This document shows positions 17,891 to 25,313 of a stretch of 35,165 nt of DNA, piece after piece. The translations under genes and the position numbers were made by a program. The notes beneath the pieces are model-generated. The model made no database searches, was not told the origin of the DNA, and was given only the letters and a program-made list of their open reading frames with translations. Where the stretch lies: positions 1 to 35,165 of the forward strand of contig CAZXFU010000003.1 in NCBI GenBank assembly GCA_964640345.1, given 5' to 3'. The stretch comes from an uncultured Eubacteriales bacterium (GTDB lineage: Bacteria; Bacillota; Clostridia; TANB77; RGIG9151). The number at the start of each line of letters is the position of its first letter. Within the stretch, counting starts at the first letter, position 1.

Positions 17891-18865
17891 ATGTGTAATA
17901 CAGATACTCGTGATGTTAAATCCACTGTTGAGCAGATTAAAAGACTCGAGGACGCCGGGTGCGAGATTATTAGAGTTGCTGTTTTAGATAATGAGGCAGC
18001 AGAGGCTATTTCTAAGATAAAAAAACAAATTTCCATTCCACTTGTTGCAGATATTCATTTCGATTACAGGCTGGCAATTGAATCTATAAAGAACGGTGCA
18101 GACAAAATAAGAATTAATCCCGGTAATATTGGAAGCGTTGATAGGGTTAAGGCTGTTGTAGACACTGCTCGTGAGTACGATGTACCGATTAGAGTCGGTG
18201 TAAATGGTGGTTCGCTTGCCAGAGAAGTCCTTGAAAAATATGGAAAAGTTACAGTTGGAGGATTAGTTGAGAGTGCGTATGATAACGTTTTAATTTTAGA
18301 AGAAATGGACTTTGATAACATAGTTGTTTCTCTTAAAGTTTCTAATGTGTCGGGAACTGTTGAGGCATACAAATTACTTTCAGAGAAATGCAATTATCCT
18401 TTACATATCGGTGTTACCGAAGCAGGCACCTTGATGGGTGGTACAATAAAGAATGCAATGGGGATTGGAATTTTACTAAATGAAGGAATAGGAGATACAT
18501 TAAGAGTTTCTTTAACGGCAGACCCGATTGAAGAAGTAAAAGTAGGCTGGAATATATTAAAAGGACTTGGAATAAGAAGCAATGGAGTACAGTTTATCTC
18601 GTGTCCTACTTGTGGGCGTACAAAAGTTAATATGCTTCCGATTGCTGAAAAAGTTGAGAGAGCTTTAGAAAATATAGATAAGGATATAAAAGTCGCAGTT
18701 ATGGGTTGTGCAGTGAATGGACCGGGAGAAGCTTCAGAGGCAGATTTCGGTGTCGCTTGTGGGGATGGAACCGGATTATTGTTTAAAAAAGGGGAAATAA
18801 TAAAAAAAGTCAATGAAAATGAAATTGTTACTGAATTAATCAGTTTAATTGAGGAGGGAAAATAA
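17891..18865 (+). CDS. ispG: 4-hydroxy-3-methylbut-2-enyl diphosphate synthase (IspG/GcpE), main ORF downstream of the internal stop
   Basis: SMCNTDTRDV..TVEQIKRLEDAGCEIIRVAV, PLVADIHFDYRLA, IRINPGNIG, and the C-terminal Fe-S cluster motif CPTCGR...GCAVNGPGE. Confidence 0.92.
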   Translation: MCNTDTRDVKSTVEQIKRLEDAGCEIIRVAVLDNEAAEAISKIKKQISIPLVADIHFDYRLAIESIKNGADKIRINPGNIGSVDRVKAVVDTAREYDVPIRVGVNGGSLAREVLEKYGKVTVGGLVESAYDNVLILEEMDFDNIVVSLKVSNVSGTVEAYKLLSEKCNYPLHIGVTEAGTLMGGTIKNAMGIGILLNEGIGDTLRVSLTADPIEEVKVGWNILKGLGIRSNGVQFISCPTCGRTKVNMLPIAEKVERALENIDKDIKVAVMGCAVNGPGEASEADFGVACGDGTGLLFKKGEIIKKVNENEIVTELISLIEEGK

Positions 18866-19332
18866 TGAACGCCGTTTATGCAGGATCTTTCGATCCTTTT
18901 ACAATTGGTCATCTGCATGTATTAAGGCAGGCTTGCCAGATTTTTGATAAGGTTTATGTCGCCATAGCTGTTAATAGCGAGAAAAGCAGAAGAATTGATA
19001 AAGATGTAATGAAAGAGGCTATTGACAGGGTTATAAAAAACAATGGTATAAACAATGCGGAAGCTTTAGTATTTAATGGACTTACAGTAGATTTAGCTGT
19101 TGAAAAAGGGGCTAGATTTTTGGTGAGAGGTCTTAGAAATGGTACGGATTATGAATATGAGGAAAATTTAGCAGTAGTTAATAATAAAATTTCCGGGGTC
19201 GAGACTATATATTTTAGAGCCGGAAAAACTGCACATATTAGTTCATCAGTGGTTATGGAACTTTATAATTATGGAAAAGACATCACAAAGTGGGTGCCGG
19301 AAGAAATTATTTCCGTTTTGCCTAAGAAATAA
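18865..19332 (+). CDS. coaD: Phosphopantetheine adenylyltransferase
   Basis: AVYAGSFDPFTIGHLHVLRQA (the T/HxGH nucleotidyltransferase motif), LVRGLRNGTDYEYE and ISSSVV match CoaD. The ATG overlaps the ispG stop (TAATG). Confidence 0.88.
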   Translation: MNAVYAGSFDPFTIGHLHVLRQACQIFDKVYVAIAVNSEKSRRIDKDVMKEAIDRVIKNNGINNAEALVFNGLTVDLAVEKGARFLVRGLRNGTDYEYEENLAVVNNKISGVETIYFRAGKTAHISSSVVMELYNYGKDITKWVPEEIISVLPKK

Positions 19333-19377
19333 AATTGACAGATAAAAACTTTTTATCTGTCAATTTTATTTCTTAGG
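19321..19377. terminator. 57-bp perfect palindrome acting as a bidirectional terminator
   Basis: CCTAAGAAATAAAATTGACAGATAAAAA (19321-19348) pairs with TTTTTATCTGTCAATTTTATTTCTTAGG (19350-19377). It spans the stop codons of convergent coaD and the DUF1858-like gene. Confidence 0.8.
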
Positions 19378-19564
19378 CATTTATTTGACTAAGTATCTCG
19401 TTTACATCTACGCCATGAACGTTACAAGCTTCTTCTAATGTTTCCATTTGTGAAGAAGGGCAACCAAGACAGTGCATTCCCATTCCTAAAAGAATTGGAG
19501 CGACTTCTTCTCCGCGAAGTTCTAATATTTCGCCTATAGTCATATCAGGTGTTATTTTTTCCAT
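19373..19564 (-). CDS. DUF1858-type small redox/disulfide protein (hybrid-cluster-protein-associated family)
   Basis: 63 aa. TIGEILE....APILLGMGMHCLGCPSSQMETLEEAC..HGVDVNEIL matches the DUF1858 pattern with its conserved CxxC. Confidence 0.65.
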   Translation of the reverse strand: MEKITPDMTIGEILELRGEEVAPILLGMGMHCLGCPSSQMETLEEACNVHGVDVNEILSQINA

Positions 19565-19674
19565 TTTTATCTTCCTTTCTCCTTATATTTTCAGTTTCCT
19601 GTTACTTAGTATACAGTATTTTTCATAAAATATAAAGATTTTTGGAAAAAAATATAAATTTATTAAAAAATATA

Positions 19675-19703
19675 TGGACAATTTCAAAATATTGGTATAT
19701 TAT
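19675..19703 (+). promoter_or_regulatory. Candidate promoter for the pilin-like operon (TGGACA-17 nt-TATTAT)
   Basis: TGGACA at 19675-19680 and TATTAT at 19698-19703, about 50 nt upstream of the TTG start at 19756. AT-rich background. Confidence 0.25.
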
Positions 19704-19755
19704 TTCCATATAAATACATTAATGTAAAAATGTTGAATGGAAAGGAGGGAGAATT

Positions 19756-20079
19756 TTGAAAAAGAAGTTTGCTGTTTTAGTACCGGTGTTTTGTGTTTTG
19801 ATTACGACGGTTTCTTTTGCAGCAGCAAGTTATCCTACTATTATGAATAATTTGAACAGTGCACTTACCAAAATACAGTCTTGGTTGGTAACTATTGCTA
19901 CTCCGGCAGCCGCAATTGGGGTTATAAGCGGTGTCCTTATTAAAAAGTTTAGCTTTGGAGATACCGAAAGAATGTTGGTAGGAAGAAGACTTATAAGGTC
20001 TTGCTTTGTTTCGTACGGTATGGTTATGGGAATCGATTTACTATTAAAGGCAATTAAAACATTTGTCACAAAATCGTAA
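19756..20079 (+). CDS. VirB2/TrbC-like pilin-type membrane protein (107 aa)
   Basis: Sec signal peptide MKKKFAVLVPVFCVLITTVSFAAA|S, a hydrophilic stretch, TM1 (LVTIATPAAAIGVISGVLI), a charged loop (KKFSFGDTERMLVGRR) and TM2 (SCFVSYGMVMGIDLLL). This is the canonical T4SS pilin layout. The call is by topology, not by sequence identity. Confidence 0.5.
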   Translation: MKKKFAVLVPVFCVLITTVSFAAASYPTIMNNLNSALTKIQSWLVTIATPAAAIGVISGVLIKKFSFGDTERMLVGRRLIRSCFVSYGMVMGIDLLLKAIKTFVTKS

Positions 20080-20094
20080 AGTGCGGGTGAAAAC

Positions 20095-20141
20095 AAGACA
20101 TAAGGTTTAACAGAATAATGCGTAACCTTATGTCTTATTTT
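20095..20141 (+). terminator. Hairpin after the pilin-like gene (partial terminator or attenuator)
   Basis: 13-bp perfect stem AAGACATAAGGTT / AACCTTATGTCTT with a 16-nt loop, followed by ATTTT. Confidence 0.55.
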
Positions 20142-20169
20142 CCAGTGCAAAAAGATTGGAGGTATATAG

Positions 20170-21009
20170 TTGAATAAGATAGTTGCTATAGTAGAGGCGT
20201 TAGACTGCTTAAAGGGACTTTGGAATTCCACTTCGGAACTTTTAGCGGAGGTCATGCCTAATAATTTTTACGAACTTATGGACAAGTTTGCTTTTTTGAA
20301 TGCGAATTTTTTATATATTGAAAGCTCAGGGAAATTTTTAGATAAAACTCAAAATATAGCAAATGCGATTATGAATTTATCTAACTTTGTAATATGGGGG
20401 ATTTTGTTATTTTTCGGTTTTAAGAGTTTGTTTTCTTACTTTATTTCCCAAAAAGTTGATGTCCCTTGGAAGATGTTTATCAGGATTATTATATTTGGAG
20501 TTTTAGCAAATTCGGCATTTTTTATTTGCTATTCCGGAGTGTTTTTTGCAGAAAATTGCACGAATTATATTAGAGGCTATGTGGGTGAAAGTAATACATC
20601 ATTTGCTTTTTTGGAAGAATGTGTAGACAAAAATGACTTTGATACTGAAAAAGATGAAGAATCCCAACTCAATATTTATACTGTTGATGCACTTATATCC
20701 TTATTTATTTTTTTCTCTTCTTTTTTACTATCTGTTTTTCTTTGTGGAAGATACATTTTACTAAGAGTTTTGATACTTTTATCGCCCGTGTCTTTTTTAG
20801 TCTGTGGGATAAAGGATGGAGAGAGAATATTTATTAGATGGTGCAAAGGCTTTTGTTCACTACTTTTTATGCAAGCGTTTTTTGCTGTGTCGTTAGGTAT
20901 AGTAAATTTTACGAATATCAAAGATGATACAATGTTTGGAATTTTGGTTTGTGCTCTATTGCTGCTTTTTAATAAATTTGTTTTTAGATTTTTAAAATTA
21001 TCATTATAA
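20170..21009 (+). CDS. Polytopic membrane protein, VirB6/TrbL-like
   Basis: 279 aa with about 6 predicted TM helices and a roughly 60-aa soluble N-terminus. The central segment GRYILLRVLILLSPVSFL resembles the TrbL/VirB6 core helix. It directly follows the pilin-like gene, as in Bacillota T4SS loci. TTG start after GGAGG. Confidence 0.45.
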   Translation: MNKIVAIVEALDCLKGLWNSTSELLAEVMPNNFYELMDKFAFLNANFLYIESSGKFLDKTQNIANAIMNLSNFVIWGILLFFGFKSLFSYFISQKVDVPWKMFIRIIIFGVLANSAFFICYSGVFFAENCTNYIRGYVGESNTSFAFLEECVDKNDFDTEKDEESQLNIYTVDALISLFIFFSSFLLSVFLCGRYILLRVLILLSPVSFLVCGIKDGERIFIRWCKGFCSLLFMQAFFAVSLGIVNFTNIKDDTMFGILVCALLLLFNKFVFRFLKLSL

Positions 21010-21069
21010 AGTATTAATAAACCTTTTTGCAAAACCGATAAATAAGGAGAGAAAGGTAGGTAGATTATT

Positions 21070-21873
21070 GTGAAGATTTCAAGGATTAGGCATGTGGTAT
21101 GTACGTCAATATTTTTCTTAATTGTTATTGCTATTATAACTGCGTTGTTTACGGCTGAGATAGACGCATTAAGAAAAAACACTGAGGAAATGGTTTATAG
21201 AGTTGTTGCGACTCAGGATATAGAACCTGGTAAGTCCATAACTTCTGATAATGTTCAGCTTGTTCAGATACAAAATGTTTTAGATGTTGATGGAGCAGTT
21301 TACAGAATGAATAAAGATGATGATAATGTTTCTTCTGTAGAAGCATATCAGAATGGTACTAAAAGAGAGAAAAATGATGAGCTTTGGGCAGTTGGGAAAG
21401 TGGCTAAGGACAAGATTTATAAAGGTGAAATCCTACTTGCCGAAAAGCTTGTTTTAAATGAAAATGTAGTTGGAGATGAAACGAGGCTTTACGCTATCCC
21501 ATTTGATTCATCTACTACAGGCGGATATAATATAAGTTTAGGCGAAAAAGTTGATATTTGTGTATTATACACAGAAAACGCTAAGACGATTGCGGAATAT
21601 CAGAATTTACCGGACAATAAGGCTATTGATATTGTGCTTGCCGGAAAGCAGATTGCAGATATAAGAGACGAATCAGGAAATAGCAGAAAATCTCAAGAAG
21701 GAGCTGCTGTAGTGCCGGGTTATGTTTGCTTTAATTTGTCATATGAAGAAATAAACAAAATCGAAATTGCAAAACGCCAAGGTTCGTTGTTTATTGGTAA
21801 TGCAGAAAATTATTATAAAGAGGGAAGCCAGGCGGAGACATTTATGACAGATGTTGCTATGCCTAACTTCTAA
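21070..21873 (+). CDS. cpaB: Flp pilus assembly protein CpaB/RcpC-like (SAF domain)
   Basis: N-terminal TM anchor, a SAF-like segment (YRVVATQDIEPGKSITSDNVQLVQI) and a C-terminal RcpC-like segment (RLYAIPFDSSTTGGYNISLGEKVDICVLY). GTG start. Confidence 0.7.
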   Translation: MKISRIRHVVCTSIFFLIVIAIITALFTAEIDALRKNTEEMVYRVVATQDIEPGKSITSDNVQLVQIQNVLDVDGAVYRMNKDDDNVSSVEAYQNGTKREKNDELWAVGKVAKDKIYKGEILLAEKLVLNENVVGDETRLYAIPFDSSTTGGYNISLGEKVDICVLYTENAKTIAEYQNLPDNKAIDIVLAGKQIADIRDESGNSRKSQEGAAVVPGYVCFNLSYEEINKIEIAKRQGSLFIGNAENYYKEGSQAETFMTDVAMPNF

Positions 21874-21893
21874 TTTGGAAAGGGAGAGTAAGA

Positions 21894-22748
21894 ATGGGTG
21901 AAAATAGAAACTCAAAAGTAATTTCAGTAGGAAGTATAAAACATGGCCAGGGTATTACATGTTTTACGTTTAATCTTGCATACAAGCTCTCTACTTTGCT
22001 CGATAAAAAGATATTAATTATTGATACAAATTTTATGTTTAAAGAAATCGCATATATTGCCGAACAGACTAATCCAAATGGAATAGATGATTTGATTTCT
22101 ATGGTAAAAACACAGGAATTATCTCAAGAAATTTTTATGTTATATACAGAAGAAGTAAATAAGCATTTACGTGTTATAAATTCGACGCAGATTGATACAT
22201 TGGACTATATAAGGAAAAACGATAAGTATATTATAAAAATTATAGAAGAGGCAAAGAAATATTTTGATATTATTATTATCGATGCGGGAGCGGGAGTAAA
22301 CAAGAATTCATTAATAAAGCAGATTTATGAGGTTAGTGATGTATTTGTAAATATGCTTACTCAAAATGCCTATATAATTGATTGGTACGTTAATCATAAC
22401 GAATTTAAAGATGAGAAAGTTATTAATGTTATAAATATGTATGAAGAAGACATTTATCCGGATTATGGCGATATTACTAAAGAATTTAAGTTATCTGACC
22501 TTAGTTTGATAAGATATTCTAAATTGTTTAAGAACTTTTATAACCAAAAAATATTAGATCCTTTTTACAAAACAGAAGACCTGTTTAATAACGATTTTTC
22601 GCAGCTTATTATTAAAGTGGCTGAAAAATTAAATATAAAGGAACTAAAAAAACTTGATATTGTTAATACAAATATGTTAATTGATAGCAAATATAATGAA
22701 AAAGCCAAAAAAGGTTTTTTTGCAAGATTGTTTTCTTCAAAAAAGTAA
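21894..22748 (+). CDS. TadZ/CpaE-like ParA/MinD-fold protein with a degenerate P-loop
   Basis: KVISVGSIKHGQGITCFTFNLAYKLS...KILIIDTNF aligns with the ParA/MinD pattern (kvI.v.s.KGGvGKTt.a.nLA...kVllvD.d), but both lysines are lost. Its position between cpaB and cpaF is typical of TadZ. Confidence 0.65.
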   Translation: MGENRNSKVISVGSIKHGQGITCFTFNLAYKLSTLLDKKILIIDTNFMFKEIAYIAEQTNPNGIDDLISMVKTQELSQEIFMLYTEEVNKHLRVINSTQIDTLDYIRKNDKYIIKIIEEAKKYFDIIIIDAGAGVNKNSLIKQIYEVSDVFVNMLTQNAYIIDWYVNHNEFKDEKVINVINMYEEDIYPDYGDITKEFKLSDLSLIRYSKLFKNFYNQKILDPFYKTEDLFNNDFSQLIIKVAEKLNIKELKKLDIVNTNMLIDSKYNEKAKKGFFARLFSSKK

Positions 22749-22760
22749 GGAAGTGAGAAG

Positions 22761-24311
22761 ATGACACAGGTACTTCTAAATGATGTCATAAACGACATAA
22801 AGAATATAATGGAGAACTATAAAGATGATAAAGAATTAAAAATGCTCCACCAAAAGAAAATTGACCAGGCGGCTGCCGGGAGTCCGGAGGCGAAAGGGTA
22901 TGTAAAAGAAGAAATATTAAAAATTTGTTTAAAAGAATTTAAGTTAAAAATAACAGAGGATAATATCGACGACTTGATTTCACAATATCATATAAATTAT
23001 TTTGAGAATATTTATGGTGATGATGAAAACGATCCTTTTTATAAACTATTTGAGCATATGATGTTAAATCATGATGATGATTATGAAACCAAGCTAGACA
23101 GACTTGTCCAAATTATTTACCAGGAGTTATACGGACTCGGCGTAATTGATGAATTATGCGAAGGGCATATCGACGAAACAGGAGTAAATGGTAAAGATTA
23201 TATTTGGGTTCAGGTTGGCGGATTAAAAAGACAGGTTAAGAAGCTTCGCTTCGAAAATAATGCGGTTTTACAGAAAAAAGTTTCTACTGCAATTAGTTTT
23301 GATAGTAAAAATGATATAACAGCGAGTGAGCCGATTGTCTATTGCCAAAGAATGAACGGAAGCCGTGTTACGGCGGTTATTCCTCCTGTTGCCAAGTATC
23401 CGATACTTAATATTCGTCACTTCCATTTGGCAAATGTTACTAAATATGATTTAGTAGACAAAGCAACTTTAACTGCACTTGCAGTAAAATTTATTGAGCT
23501 TGTATTTGCAGGGCGTCCAAACTTCCTAATTATAGGTCAACAGGGTAGTGGTAAATCTACGCTTTTAAGAGTTTTATTAAATGAAGTATCTGATGCAATC
23601 GGTATTGGAACGATTGAAAATATGTTTGAGTTGAACTTAGATGATTATTATCCTAGTAAAAACGTTATTGCTTTGCAGTCTACCGAAAAATTCCCGGCAG
23701 ACAAGTTGTTTGAGTTAATGTTAAGACAAAATAGAGATATTATTCTACTTGGAGAAATAAGGTCTTCTAACGAAGCTGTAGAAACGATAAACGCAATGTT
23801 ACGTCAATGCCGTGGCTCTGCTGCTACTTTTCATAGTTCTTCGCCTACTCGTGCGATACATGACTTGAGAAACCTTTGTATGAGAAGTAGTCAGTATAAA
23901 GACTTCTTAACAGCTCAATTTGACGTTGCGGATGCTATTGACTTGATTTTGGAGGGACGGCTTGATTATAAAACCGGTAAAAGATATATAAATCGTATTT
24001 CTGTTGTTGAAGCAGATGATACAGACTATAAATTTGCAGTTAATGATATTTTTAGGTATGACCATGATAAGAAGGAATTGTTGCCGGTTCAATGTGTCTC
24101 AGACGAATTCCTTGAAAAGCTGCTTGATTATGGTATGCCAATAGAGAATATAAAGAAAATAAAAGATTTATTTAAAGAAAATGTAAAAACAGATGAATTA
24201 AATTCTGAAGAAAAAAATGAAGTTGAAAAGCCGGAAACTAAAGGAAAGAAAAACAGTAAAAATAAGGCAGAAGATGTAGAAGTAAAAACTAAAAAACAGG
24301 CAAAAAAATGA
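22761..24311 (+). CDS. CpaF/TadA-type secretion ATPase (VirB11 superfamily) with a Lys-rich C-terminal tail
   Basis: Walker A GQQGSGKST (23535-23558), Walker B and Asp box DIILLGEIRSSNEA, and a His-box-like ATFHSSSP. The length of 516 aa is typical of CpaF. The last 45 or so residues are K/E-rich. Confidence 0.85.
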   Translation: MTQVLLNDVINDIKNIMENYKDDKELKMLHQKKIDQAAAGSPEAKGYVKEEILKICLKEFKLKITEDNIDDLISQYHINYFENIYGDDENDPFYKLFEHMMLNHDDDYETKLDRLVQIIYQELYGLGVIDELCEGHIDETGVNGKDYIWVQVGGLKRQVKKLRFENNAVLQKKVSTAISFDSKNDITASEPIVYCQRMNGSRVTAVIPPVAKYPILNIRHFHLANVTKYDLVDKATLTALAVKFIELVFAGRPNFLIIGQQGSGKSTLLRVLLNEVSDAIGIGTIENMFELNLDDYYPSKNVIALQSTEKFPADKLFELMLRQNRDIILLGEIRSSNEAVETINAMLRQCRGSAATFHSSSPTRAIHDLRNLCMRSSQYKDFLTAQFDVADAIDLILEGRLDYKTGKRYINRISVVEADDTDYKFAVNDIFRYDHDKKELLPVQCVSDEFLEKLLDYGMPIENIKKIKDLFKENVKTDELNSEEKNEVEKPETKGKKNSKNKAEDVEVKTKKQAKK

Positions 24312-24340
24312 TTTTTGTTAGGAAATGGAGGATGAAATAG

Positions 24341-25297
24341 ATGTCAGAGATTTCCCTTTTGATAACTGATTGGTTTGTAGAATTCGGATATGGATTGTTA
24401 ATCTTTATTGCCGTTGCTGTGGTTATGCTGATAGGAATTTTAATATATATAACGTATATAGAAAAGAAAAACAGTGCATGGCTTAACCAAAGAAAAAGCA
24501 GTGTAAAAGCTGTATATTCGCTAAAAAATATTCCTATTTTATATGGAATTCAAACAAGGATTGCTAATAAGTTTGCTATTACAAATACAGGTTCAAGGCA
24601 AGAAAATGAGAGATATGCATTATATGTTATGGGATTTATCTTAATTTGTGCAATTGGAATTATTGTGTTGCTGTATCCATTTGTAAATACATATCCATAT
24701 GCTATTATTTTAATAGTAGCAATAGGTTTGGCTATTCCTTGGATGGTGTTTAGTATATTTTATGAAGCTCAACTTGCCAAAATGATAAAGCAGTTGCCAC
24801 AAGCTATTGATGAGTTTGCAAGCAGTTATAGGAAGTCAAATAAGGTTTTTAATGCACTAAGAGATTCTTATCAGTTTATGCCAAGAGTTGTTGGCAAAGA
24901 ATTTGAAAGGCTTTATAAGTCATATAATATTGACTTTGAAGACGGAATTGAGTATTTTAGATCGAGAATAAAAAACGATTGGGCAGGTATTTTTGCGAGT
25001 CTTCTTTTGATAAACTACACAAAGGGCGGAACGATTATTGCTCAATTAGATGATTTAAATACAGAAATTGAAAACGATATTATCGCAAAAGATAGAGTAA
25101 GAAGTAAAATGTTAGGATTTAAATTAGTTGCACTTTCCACGATCCTTTTAGTAGTATTGGCTATTTTTTCAAATATGTTGATGTCTGAATCTGCTAAAGA
25201 ATATTATATGGGTTATTCCGGTCAAAATGAGATTATTATTACGTTAACAATCGCATTCATAACGTTTTTATGTATGATGATTGTTGAAAGATTATAA
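24341..25297 (+). CDS. TadB-like platform protein (T2SS-F domain)
   Basis: TM helices flank a helical cytoplasmic domain (QLPQAIDEFASSYRKSNKVFNALRDSY...GIEYFRSRI...LDDLNTEI) that fits the T2SSF/TadB pattern. It directly follows the ATPase gene. Confidence 0.7.
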   Translation: MSEISLLITDWFVEFGYGLLIFIAVAVVMLIGILIYITYIEKKNSAWLNQRKSSVKAVYSLKNIPILYGIQTRIANKFAITNTGSRQENERYALYVMGFILICAIGIIVLLYPFVNTYPYAIILIVAIGLAIPWMVFSIFYEAQLAKMIKQLPQAIDEFASSYRKSNKVFNALRDSYQFMPRVVGKEFERLYKSYNIDFEDGIEYFRSRIKNDWAGIFASLLLINYTKGGTIIAQLDDLNTEIENDIIAKDRVRSKMLGFKLVALSTILLVVLAIFSNMLMSESAKEYYMGYSGQNEIIITLTIAFITFLCMMIVERL

Positions 25298-25313
25298 AGG
25301 GGTGATAAAGTAC

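Noticed and set aside
19756-20079. The 107-aa protein as a type IV/Flp prepilin
   Set aside because: There is no G/XXXXEY or G|F/M-xxxE class III signal peptide. The only Gly-x-x-Glu (FGDTER) puts Glu at +3 and is followed by a segment containing several Arg. The N-terminus looks like an ordinary Sec signal (AAA|S). I judged it VirB2/TrbC-like instead, with moderate confidence.
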